Source of the DNA: Terriglobia bacterium
Lineage (GTDB): Bacteria; Acidobacteriota; Terriglobia; 20CM-2-55-15
Assembly (NCBI GenBank): GCA_965218585.1
Contig: CBDCLE010000014.1
Span: 1 to 64,000, forward strand
Length of the DNA stretch: 64,000 bases
Reading direction: 5' to 3'
Part shown: piece after piece, positions 10,980-19,492 of the stretch
Layout of the letters: every line of letters begins with the position of its first letter
Numbering within the stretch: position 1 is the stretch's first letter
Program-made: the position numbers and the translations under genes
Notes under the pieces: generated by a model
Databases searched by the model: none
Seen by the model: only the letters and a program-made list of their open reading frames with translations
Told to the model about the DNA's origin: nothing

Positions 10980-12426
10980 CGAGCAACTCTCCGGCAACGA
11001 CACGGTCATCGAACGGTAACTGGACGCTCCCGACCACCTGGTGCGTTTCGTGGCCTTTTCCCGCTATGACAACTGTGTCCTCGTTCCCAGCACGTTCAAT
11101 CGCGATGCGAATCGCCTCTCGTCGGTCCGGAACGGTTGTATACGCGTGTCCCCTATTTAAAGAAAATCCCTTTTCAATCATCCGAATAATTCCGAGCGGA
11201 TCCTCGCTGCGCGGATTGTCCGAGGTCAGGACGGCAAAATCGCTGTTGCTTGCAGCAACGGCCCCCATCGTCTGTCGCTTGGACGGATCACGATCACCAC
11301 CTGCTCCAAAAACAAGGATCAGGTTTCCTTCGGTGATCTCGCGTGCCGCTGTCAGAACCTTCTCCAATGCATCGTCCGTGTGGGCGTAATCCACGATCAC
11401 GCGGAAGGGCTGCCCGTGGTCGACAAATTCGAAACGGCCCGGAACACTTCGGAGTGCTTCCACTCCATCGGTTATCGACTCGGTGGGCAGATCCAGAGCA
11501 AGCCCGATGCCCACTGCAGCGGCGACGTTGTAGAGATTCAGTCGCCCGATCAATTCCGATCGCACGTCGATCGCTCCCCGTGGAGTCTCCAGCCGTGCTG
11601 TAAATCCGTCCCAGCTCAAGCTGAAGTCCTTCGGAAAGATGTTCGCGTCCGAAGTCATTCCAAAAGACAGACACGTCGGGTTTCCCGCCTCGCTGAGCAC
11701 GTCAAAGAATGCATCGTCTCTGTTGAGAACGGCCACCGGAGGAGGAACTCCCTGCAATCCTTGAAACAGTCTCTGCTTCACTCCGAAGTAGTCCTCTATC
11801 CCGTCATGAAAATCCAGGTGCTCTCGGCTCAGATTCGTAAACGCAACGACATCGAAAGCCAACTGTTCGACGCGCTTCAACTCGATCGAATGCGACGAAA
11901 CCTCCATGACACCGTGCATGCACCCGGCATCGACGGCAGAACGAAACGCCTGTTCCAGGTCTGATGATTCCGGCGTTGTGAGCTTCGCCTCCAGCTCGAA
12001 ACCAGGGCCTCGATGATCGGCGGTGCCCAGCATAGCGACCCGATACCCAGCCGCCTTGACGATGGATTCCACCAAATGGGCGGTGGTGGTCTTCCCGTTG
12101 GTTCCGGTAATACCCACAAGGCTCATTTGATCCGTGGGTCGGGCGAAGTAGCCCGCTGCCAGAGCCGCCAGCGCGGCGCGGTCAGAGGGCACCTGAACCC
12201 ACGGCGTGGAACCCCGACGGACAGCCTCGGAAACGATGGCCGCTGCACCCCGTCTTACAGCTTCATCGACGAAATCGTTACCGTCGGCCTCTTCACCCCG
12301 GATCGCAACAAACACAGATCCGGGTTCGACCATGCGCGAGTCGTACCGAACACCGGTTACGTCCACACGAACATCCCCTGATTTCGACAGGACATCGATG
12401 TTCGTCAACAGTTCGTCTAACTTCAT
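10960..12426 (-). CDS. murE: UDP-MurNAc-dipeptide--meso-diaminopimelate ligase
   Basis: TGTNGKTT, MEVSSH, DYAHT, DNPR (DAP-type specificity motif), AGKGHE. Confidence 0.97.
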   Translation of the reverse strand: MKLDELLTNIDVLSKSGDVRVDVTGVRYDSRMVEPGSVFVAIRGEEADGNDFVDEAVRRGAAAIVSEAVRRGSTPWVQVPSDRAALAALAAGYFARPTDQMSLVGITGTNGKTTTAHLVESIVKAAGYRVAMLGTADHRGPGFELEAKLTTPESSDLEQAFRSAVDAGCMHGVMEVSSHSIELKRVEQLAFDVVAFTNLSREHLDFHDGIEDYFGVKQRLFQGLQGVPPPVAVLNRDDAFFDVLSEAGNPTCLSFGMTSDANIFPKDFSLSWDGFTARLETPRGAIDVRSELIGRLNLYNVAAAVGIGLALDLPTESITDGVEALRSVPGRFEFVDHGQPFRVIVDYAHTDDALEKVLTAAREITEGNLILVFGAGGDRDPSKRQTMGAVAASNSDFAVLTSDNPRSEDPLGIIRMIEKGFSLNRGHAYTTVPDRREAIRIAIERAGNEDTVVIAGKGHETHQVVGSVQLPFDDRVVAGELLDELNAR

Positions 12427-12493
12427 CCGAAACGCCAAACCTATGATCTACCGGGCGACGGCCTTCTACCGAGAGGTCCTGTCGACTGGCATC

Positions 12494-14584
12494 CTATGGG
12501 TCCCTGCCGATAGAAAGGGGTTCAGCGAGCGCGCCGCGAGTCGTGGAGAACTGAACCTGAACACGAGTGCCTGGCGGAACCGGCGTCCCCGCTAAGGGGA
12601 TTTGCGCCACCGCTATCCCGGAACCACTCGATTGAAGTCGCAGTCCTAACCTCAGACTGTCGTCCGCCACCTGTCGAAGTGATTTTCCGCGGAAATCCGG
12701 AACGGGGATGCCAACCCGAGCATATTCACCAAGTGTCTCTTGGTCAGGCGAAGCAGTCGGAAAACCGAGATCCTCTCGCAGGGAGGTGTCTACGACTTCC
12801 CACTGATTCACTATAGCATCACGGGGCGAGGGGGGCCTCGGAGGTACGCTGACCGGCTCTTCGTTCTCTTCTGTGTAGCCGGGCCGGGCGCCAGGAGCGT
12901 CCGGAACGACGGACTGATACCGTAGTACCTGTTCCACAATGCGCTTGAATATCGGCGCGGCAACCTCGCCTCCGCCATCGGCTCCCTGAGGTTCGTCGAC
13001 CACCACAATCACGGAGATCTTTGGATCCCGCGCCGGAGCATAGCCGGCAAAGGAAGCGACGTGTTTGGTCAGCGAATACGTTCCGGTTTCCGGATCCAGT
13101 TTCTGAGCGGTCCCAGTCTTCCCCGCGGCAGCGTAGCCCCTCATCTGCGCCGACCGCGCCGTTCCACCGGTGACGACTGCCTCGAGCGCATCCTGAAGCC
13201 GCGCCGCTGTCTCCCGGCTCATAACACGCTCACCCGCTGAGGGAGTTTCCCGGATGGTTCCCGTCGTCGGATCGTCGACTCTTTTCACGACGAACGGCCG
13301 GTAAAGGGTCCCTCCATTGGCAACTGTCGAAACCACATTGAGGATCTGCAGCGGCGTCGTACCGATCTCCTGCCCCATCGAAATCGCGCCCACGGAAACA
13401 GCTGACCAGGCGGATGCAGGTTTCGTCAGTCCCCGTTCTTCCCCGGGAAGATCGATGCCGGTCCGTTGACCGAAACCGAGACGGTCGATATAGCCCGCGA
13501 ACCGTTCGTCCCCCAGGCGCATCCCCAACTTGATGATGCCGACATCTGAGGAGTACTGCATGATTTCCCGCACTGACAGAACTCCAAACGCCTTGTGATC
13601 GCGAATGCGATGCCCGTAGAGAACGATGGATCCCATCTGGCAGTCGATCAGCTCCTCCAGGTCGGTCAAATCCTCTTCGAAGACTGCTGCTGCGGTCACG
13701 ATCTTGAAAGTAGACCCCGGCTCGTAAACGTGGCCGATGGCGCGATTGAACCAGCTGCGCTCCGGCGACCGTCCGTATTCGTTGGGATTGAAGTCCGGAT
13801 AGTTGGCCATCGCGAGAACCTCGCCGTTGTCGGGGTCCATGACGATCACGCTCATTCCCGCAGCGCCGGTATCTTCGATCGTCTGCGTGATTTCTTTTTC
13901 GACGATGTATTGAATGGTTCGGTCAATCGTCGTCGTCAGGCTGGCCCCACTTGTCGGCAGCTGATCAAGCCGATGGAAGCTGCGGCCACGCGCATCCGTC
14001 ATCACGACCAGCTTGCCCGGGGTGCCTCCGATCAACTCATCGTAGCCGTACTCGACACCGCTTCCCCCGTGGTCGTCGATGTTGACGAATCCGAGGACGT
14101 GGGACGCAAGTTCCCGGTTCGGATAGAAACGCTTGGGCTCCTTCTGAAAATAAAGGCCGTCGATGTCTTCCGCCCGGATTCGAGCGGCCTCTCTGGCTGT
14201 GACCTTCCTCTGCAGCCAGGTGAAGGACCGCTCTGAATCCAGCCGGGACTCCAGCGACAGGGCGGGGACGTCGAGAATTTCGGAAAGAATTGCAGCGGTA
14301 CCGACGGGATCGGCGACTTCCGAAGGCACTGCATAAAGAGAATCAACTTCGATCGAGACCGCCAGTTCGTTTCCGCTACGGTCGTAAATAGCGCCTCTTC
14401 GGGGACTTATTTCCAGGACACGCTGCTGCTGACGTTCAGCGCGGGATCTGAAATCTTCAGACTGAACCACCTGAATCGAATAGAGGCGCGCACCTATCGC
14501 GATGCCCCAGAGGCCCATGAAGACAGCGATCGCGATGAGTCGTCTGTGGATTCGAGGACCTCCTACGCCCATAGCTGCCAGCAC
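12494..14584 (-). CDS. ftsI: Class B penicillin-binding protein FtsI with C-terminal PASTA domain
   Basis: RGAIYDR, EPGSTFK (SxxK), YSSD, KTGTAQK, Pro-rich linker then VPDFRGKSLR; start may be ATG 14572. Confidence 0.95.
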   Translation of the reverse strand: MLAAMGVGGPRIHRRLIAIAVFMGLWGIAIGARLYSIQVVQSEDFRSRAERQQQRVLEISPRRGAIYDRSGNELAVSIEVDSLYAVPSEVADPVGTAAILSEILDVPALSLESRLDSERSFTWLQRKVTAREAARIRAEDIDGLYFQKEPKRFYPNRELASHVLGFVNIDDHGGSGVEYGYDELIGGTPGKLVVMTDARGRSFHRLDQLPTSGASLTTTIDRTIQYIVEKEITQTIEDTGAAGMSVIVMDPDNGEVLAMANYPDFNPNEYGRSPERSWFNRAIGHVYEPGSTFKIVTAAAVFEEDLTDLEELIDCQMGSIVLYGHRIRDHKAFGVLSVREIMQYSSDVGIIKLGMRLGDERFAGYIDRLGFGQRTGIDLPGEERGLTKPASAWSAVSVGAISMGQEIGTTPLQILNVVSTVANGGTLYRPFVVKRVDDPTTGTIRETPSAGERVMSRETAARLQDALEAVVTGGTARSAQMRGYAAAGKTGTAQKLDPETGTYSLTKHVASFAGYAPARDPKISVIVVVDEPQGADGGGEVAAPIFKRIVEQVLRYQSVVPDAPGARPGYTEENEEPVSVPPRPPSPRDAIVNQWEVVDTSLREDLGFPTASPDQETLGEYARVGIPVPDFRGKSLRQVADDSLRLGLRLQSSGSGIAVAQIPLAGTPVPPGTRVQVQFSTTRGALAEPLSIGRDP

Positions 14585-14721
14585 CCCGGTGTAAGCAGGA
14601 AGGTCGACGGTTTCGATGCCTGCTATTTAGAAAACTGCCCAGAGACGTTTGAAGCCCTGGGCAGGCAATCAGCGAGCGGCGTTCAGTTATCAGCTAGCTG
14701 AGAGCTGGTTGCCGACAGCGC

Positions 14722-15132
14722 TTAACGGGCCCCGAGTTCCCTCCGGGCCAATAACCTTTCGACGGGCTCTACCGGGTCAGGAGAGTTGTAGTCTGCCTGG
14801 AACGTCACGATCTGGTTGGCCCCCGGTCCAACCATTCCCAGCTCCGTCCGTGCGATCGAGTCAATCCTCTGAGGATTGGCCAGCGTTGCGCGTTCGACTC
14901 GGAGCTGACGCCCGACCTCGACAAGTTCTTCGATCTGCCTGTGCGACTCTTCAATCCGATACCCGTACTGGATCCACTGATATTGCTGCCAGGCATAAAA
15001 CAAGATCCCCAAAACAAACATCGCACCCAGCAGCGTCAGGCACATGTACTCCAATCGGCACCGCGCGTCGGTTTCACGAACGATACGGGAGTTGTCAATC
15101 TTCTTGTCGAAGTGGATATCTATGGTGGACAT
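14722..15132 (-). CDS. ftsL: Cell division protein FtsL
   Basis: Single TM, coiled coil, RIDSIARTELGM; located between rsmH and ftsI. Confidence 0.88.
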   Translation of the reverse strand: MSTIDIHFDKKIDNSRIVRETDARCRLEYMCLTLLGAMFVLGILFYAWQQYQWIQYGYRIEESHRQIEELVEVGRQLRVERATLANPQRIDSIARTELGMVGPGANQIVTFQADYNSPDPVEPVERLLARRELGAR

Positions 15133-15992
15133 TAGTCTCTCTCCAGTGCGCGCAGCCTGGCACTGCGGGCACGCGGGTTCTCGTTGCGTTCGGTGTCGGT
15201 GGCCCGGACGACCTTTTTAGTAAGCACACCACCCAGTTCCCGCATCCGGTGTTTTACGATTCGATCTTCAAGCGAATGAAAGCTGATGACGACCAAGCGC
15301 CCCCCCTTCTTAAAGAGTTCGGGAACAGCGTTCAGGAAGGTTTCCAGATTCTCGAGCTCGTGGTTGACTGCCAGACGCAGCGCCATGAACGTTCGGGTGG
15401 CCGGATGAATCCGGCCGTAACGCTTCTTACCGCTGACCGCTTCAATGGCTCGAACCAGATCGCCGGTCGAATGGTGCGGACGCAGCCGGACAATAGCCCT
15501 CGCCAAGGGGCGGGAACGTCGTTCCTCTCCCAGTTCATAGATAATGTTGGCGAGTTCCCTTTCCCCGGCGTGGTTGACAATGTCGGCGGCTGTCAAACTC
15601 TGACGCTGGTCCATCCTCATGTCGAGCGGACCGTCCAATCGGAAGGAGAACCCGCGCCCTGCCTGATCCAGCATCATCGAGGAAACCCCCAGATCGGCTA
15701 AAACCCCATCCACGTTGCCAAAACCCTCCGACGTGGCGACGTCAGCGATCTCGCTGAAGTTCGCCTGAACAAATACAGTCCGCGCCTGGTGCCCAGACAA
15801 TCTCTCTCGGGCCAACCCGAGAGCTTCCGCATCTTGATCGATGGCCAACAACCGGCCATCCGGAGCAGTATGTTCGAGAATAGCCAGCGCATGGCCTCCT
15901 GCCCCGAGAGTAGCGTCTATGAAGTGTCCCCCCGACCGGGGGTTTAAATAGTGCAGGACTTCGTCGAGCAAGACCGGAGTGTGGGGATGCAT
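15132..15992 (-). CDS. rsmH: 16S rRNA m4C1402 methyltransferase RsmH
   Basis: HTPVLL, DATLGAGGH, DLGVSS, PLDMRMD, ISFHSLEDR, NPRARSARLR. Confidence 0.98.
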   Translation of the reverse strand: MHPHTPVLLDEVLHYLNPRSGGHFIDATLGAGGHALAILEHTAPDGRLLAIDQDAEALGLARERLSGHQARTVFVQANFSEIADVATSEGFGNVDGVLADLGVSSMMLDQAGRGFSFRLDGPLDMRMDQRQSLTAADIVNHAGERELANIIYELGEERRSRPLARAIVRLRPHHSTGDLVRAIEAVSGKKRYGRIHPATRTFMALRLAVNHELENLETFLNAVPELFKKGGRLVVISFHSLEDRIVKHRMRELGGVLTKKVVRATDTERNENPRARSARLRALERD

Positions 15993-16006
15993 GAGTAAAA
16001 GACACC

Positions 16007-16438
16007 TTAGATTCCCAACTGCTCCTCGTCTTGGTCGGTAAACGGCTCGTCCTTGAGCCGCTTCAGATATCTCTCGTCGTTCCAGACTTCCAGATAGTTC
16101 AAATATCCCAGGACAGCGACCTCTCCCACCATGTCGGCTGACTCCCGCAAATGAGGAGCTATTAAAATCCGCCCTTGTTTGTCCATGGAAGATAACTGGC
16201 CGTAGTAATTCGTTCGGTCCAGAAATCTCTTTTTGGTAGGGTTGAAGGCAGGAAGGTTGGTGAGACGTTCTTCAATGTCTTGCCAGACAGATAAGGGATA
16301 AACACGAACGGATTGGCCGGTGATGCTGGTGACGTAGAAATCGCTGCCCCAGGAATCCTCTATGTCTCCGCGAAAGACCGCAGGAATCTTAAGTCTGCCT
16401 TTTTCGTCGATTCTTGCTGGTTGATTGCCACGAAGCAT
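16007..16438 (-). CDS. mraZ: Transcriptional regulator MraZ
   Basis: Two AbrB-like motifs, IDEKGRLKIP and MDKQGRILI; first gene of the dcw cluster. Confidence 0.97.
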   Translation of the reverse strand: MLRGNQPARIDEKGRLKIPAVFRGDIEDSWGSDFYVTSITGQSVRVYPLSVWQDIEERLTNLPAFNPTKKRFLDRTNYYGQLSSMDKQGRILIAPHLRESADMVGEVAVLGYLNYLEVWNDERYLKRLKDEPFTDQDEEQLGI

Positions 16439-16457
16439 AGTGCTTAGTCCTATTTAG

Positions 16458-16493
16458 ACTACTTTGGACCACTTCTGTCCACATCAATCTACT
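16458..16493 (-). promoter_or_regulatory. MraZ-binding boxes (four GT[AG]G units at 10-bp period)
   Basis: Minus strand reads GTAGAttgat GTGGAcagaa GTGGTccaaa GTAGT just upstream of mraZ, matching the known GTGG-N6 spacing of MraZ operators. Confidence 0.8.
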
Positions 16494-16596
16494 TATAGGT
16501 CTGGAGCGTGTCAACCTAAAAATTGCGGAAATATATGTTAAGGTTTCACTTACGCATGAGAAGACCTCCAGCGACGCCTGCCAAGCGATCCTCGCA

Positions 16597-17661
16597 ATGA
16601 GGGCCGGTATCGTCGGACTTCCCCAATCCGGGAAGACGACAGTCTTCAGAATCCTGACTCAGGCGGCCGTAGAGGTCGTGTCGGAAAGAGGCCGCAAGGC
16701 ACAGCCGAACGTGGGCGTCGTCCAGGTTGCCGACGAGCGCGTGGACTTCCTGGCATCGGTGTTCGAACCCCGCAAGACGACCTACGCCACCGTGGAATTC
16801 GTTGATGTCGGAGGACTTGTCCGTGGGAGGAGCCGGGACCTGGCTCTGGATCCGGTACGCGATGTGGATACGATGGTCCACGTCGTTCGGGCCTTCGATG
16901 ACCCTTCCGTCCCGCATTCGGAAGCTTCTATCGACGCTGAACGCGATATTCGAAACTTCGATGCCGAGCTGATACTGGCTGATCTCGCATCGATCGAAAA
17001 ACGGCTGGAGCGGCTGAACAAGGATCTCAAGAAACTCAAGGACGCCGACCTGGAACGAGAGCGGGAGATTCTGGTCGAGGCCCTGGCGTGGCTGGAATCA
17101 GAACGCCCGTTGCGCGAAATGGATATTCCGGAGGCCGACCGAAAACGCGTCAAGGGATTCGCTTTCGTTTCCGAAAAACCTATGGTCTACGCCATCAATC
17201 TTGGAGAAGATCAGATCGAGCAGCTGCGCCTGAATCAGACCGAAGATTCAGCTCCCAATACGGAAAGAGTTTATATCTGCGGAAAATTGGAAGCCGAGAT
17301 GGCGGAACTCGAGCCCGAAGAACTTGACAGCTTCCTTGAGGACTACGGTCTGGCCGAATCTGGAATGGTCCGGTTGATCCGTTCGACTTACCATTTGCTG
17401 GGACTGATCTCTTTCCTCACTGCGGGAGAAGAAGAGTGCCGGGCCTGGACAATCCGAAAAGGCACAACGGCGCAGAAGGCCGCTGGGGTCATTCACACAG
17501 ACCTCGAAACGCACTTCATCAGGGCAGAGGTGTCGCATTTCGACGATTTCCGTGAACACCCCGGTTTCGGGCCGTTACGCGACAAGGGACTGTTACGGCT
17601 CGAAGGGAAAGGATATGAAGTCAAGGATGGGGACATCCTTACAATCCGGCACAGTGGATGA
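16597..17661 (+). CDS. ychF: YchF/Obg-like P-loop ATPase
   Basis: GLPQSGKTT, DVGGL, HVVRAF, TGS region RAWTI..AAGVIHTD..FIRAEV..GLLRLEGKGYEVKDGD. Confidence 0.9.
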   Translation: MRAGIVGLPQSGKTTVFRILTQAAVEVVSERGRKAQPNVGVVQVADERVDFLASVFEPRKTTYATVEFVDVGGLVRGRSRDLALDPVRDVDTMVHVVRAFDDPSVPHSEASIDAERDIRNFDAELILADLASIEKRLERLNKDLKKLKDADLEREREILVEALAWLESERPLREMDIPEADRKRVKGFAFVSEKPMVYAINLGEDQIEQLRLNQTEDSAPNTERVYICGKLEAEMAELEPEELDSFLEDYGLAESGMVRLIRSTYHLLGLISFLTAGEEECRAWTIRKGTTAQKAAGVIHTDLETHFIRAEVSHFDDFREHPGFGPLRDKGLLRLEGKGYEVKDGDILTIRHSG

Positions 17662-17663
17662 GA

Positions 17664-17760
17664 AAGACTTTCAACACTAAGGCACGAAGGACACGAAGCT
17701 CAGGTAGTCGGACCAATCAACTCTTCGTTATCTTCGTGTCTTCGTGTTGAAAAACGTCTT
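17664..17760. repeat. Imperfect intergenic inverted repeat (cacgaag/cttcgtg type), possible terminator
   Basis: ttcaacactaaggcacgaaggacacgaag pairs with cttcgttatcttcgtgtcttcgtgttgaa immediately after the ychF stop. Confidence 0.65.
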
Positions 17761-17793
17761 ATCGGTCACGGAGCCGAGCTAGAGTTACGTTAC

Positions 17794-18519
17794 TTGATGC
17801 CTTCTTATTTCTTACCTTTGATACTGGCCGTCGTTGCCGCCGGTGCTAACGTCCTCGGCGGCGCGATAGTCACGACGCATCGCTGGGCCCTGTCCAGCCT
17901 GCGCTACTTTATCGCGCTGGGCGCTGGCTTCATGCTCGGTGCGGTGTTCCTGGAAATGCTTCCCGAAAGTCTTGAACTCTCTTCGAACGCGCCGGTCTGG
18001 ATATTGGGCGGTTACCTCATCGTCCACATGTTCGAACATACATTCGCCTCTCATCTTCATTTCGGGGAAGAGACACACCATGAAGAAATGGTCAACACTT
18101 CTGTGGGCCTCTCGGCCATGGTGGGTCTGGTTGTGCACACGTTCTTTGATGGCGTGGCCATCGGCGCTGGGTTTCAGGTGTCCACATCTACGGGGCTCCT
18201 CATCTTCCTGGCCGTACTGATCCACAAAATCCCGGACGGATTCACAGTTTCTTCGATCGCCCTGAGTTCTGGATTCTCCAGACTGCAGTCGCTCAACGCT
18301 GCCGTACTACTTGGAATTTCTACGGTAGGTGGGGTTGTCGCCGTTCTGTTGACGGGAAGTTCGCCGACTTACGCACTTCCCATCTCAACGGGTGCGACGC
18401 TCTATGTGGCTGCTTCGGATCTGATGCCCGAGGTGAATCGGGAACCCGGCGTCAAACTCGCTTTCGTTGTATTTGCCGGGGTCGGACTTTTCCTGATCGC
18501 GGAAATGCTGATGCAGTAG
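17794..18519 (+). CDS. ZIP-family divalent metal transporter
   Basis: Multi-TM protein; His-rich loop HLHFGEETHH, HTFFDG, HKIPDG. Confidence 0.92.
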   Translation: MMPSYFLPLILAVVAAGANVLGGAIVTTHRWALSSLRYFIALGAGFMLGAVFLEMLPESLELSSNAPVWILGGYLIVHMFEHTFASHLHFGEETHHEEMVNTSVGLSAMVGLVVHTFFDGVAIGAGFQVSTSTGLLIFLAVLIHKIPDGFTVSSIALSSGFSRLQSLNAAVLLGISTVGGVVAVLLTGSSPTYALPISTGATLYVAASDLMPEVNREPGVKLAFVVFAGVGLFLIAEMLMQ

Positions 18520-18538
18520 GAGGGGAGCGGACGCTCCG

Positions 18539-18934
18539 CTAGCTCTTGGTTTGACGAGTCACGCCAGCCATAGCCTCTTCTGAGGAGTTTTCCCTCTCGG
18601 CTTCTTCCTGGCAATCTATGCACATCGTCGCCCACGGTACGGCTACCAACCGTTTCTCGTTGATGTCGTCACCGCAACCTGTGCACACACCGTACTCTTC
18701 GCGTTGAATGCGCTTGAGCGCATCTTCGATTGCTTTCAACCGCCGGAAGTCTGACTCGTGCAGGTTATACAGAAGTTCCTTATTATGACTGATCAGTGCG
18801 AGGTCGCCCTCATCTTCGGTCTTCTCCACGAGAATCTCTTCTTCAGCTTCGCGGTTTCGATTCAACGTGCGAACGAGGTTTTCGTACTCTTCAGAAAGTG
18901 CCTTCTGGAGTCGCCCTAGCTTTCTCTTGTCCAT
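18539..18934 (-). CDS. DksA/TraR-family C4 zinc-finger regulator
   Basis: Coiled coil with DEGDLA tip; YGVCTGC..I..KRL.AVPW..CIDC. Confidence 0.92.
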   Translation of the reverse strand: MDKRKLGRLQKALSEEYENLVRTLNRNREAEEEILVEKTEDEGDLALISHNKELLYNLHESDFRRLKAIEDALKRIQREEYGVCTGCGDDINEKRLVAVPWATMCIDCQEEAERENSSEEAMAGVTRQTKS

Positions 18935-19261
18935 CTCCTCCTCCTTGGACCTGCTCGTGTAAAAGCGCAGTCTGCTTCAGGGAGGTCCCCTCCCCTATTA
19001 AATCTAAGCAATTTCGAGGCCACTTCAAGCCACCTGAATATCTAATAGACGTTGCCACCTTCGGTTTCGTTTTGCTTTGAAGGCAGGTTCTTCCAAATTT
19101 CGGCTAATCCGACAAATGGAGCGCGGGATTATACCACCCGGACCGGCCGACGCAATGTCCACCTGTGGTAGAGTATCCGGGCCCCGGCTGGATACCGGGA
19201 TTTTACGTCTTTTTTTTCAGTAGTTTAGAATTAAATAAAACGAAGAAAGGCTAGCTGAAAA

Positions 19262-19373
19262 ATGGGCAAATCGACGGACATCGTCTTAATTAACGACGGC
19301 CCCTTGAGGGTTTCAGTCAATCTTTTTGTGAAAGATGCGCAAGGTCAAGAATTTGACCTTACAGGCCGACCTG
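19262..19373 (+). pseudogene. N-terminal fragment of a small CDGSH iron-sulfur protein
   Basis: MGKSTDIVLINDGPLRV...KDAQGQEFDLTGR resembles the segment preceding LCRCG..S..KPFCDGSH, but that motif is absent. Confidence 0.5.
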
Positions 19374-19492
19374 GCGAAGACGCTGCGAGGGCTAGGCGGG
19401 CGCAGGGAGGACACCGCAGGCGTACAGAGAGGGTACGTCGAGGATGGACTTCCAAGCCCAACAACGCCATCGCAGATGTATCCGCCGATCGA

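Noticed and set aside
14660-14720. cagttatcagctagctgagagctg low-complexity repeat between ftsL and ftsI
   Set aside because: Too short and degenerate to call as an element.
64-16000. Many long plus-strand ORFs across the dcw cluster (e.g. 64..729, 4555..5220, 14649..15701)
   Set aside because: Antisense shadows of well-supported minus-strand genes, expected at high GC; no recognisable motifs.
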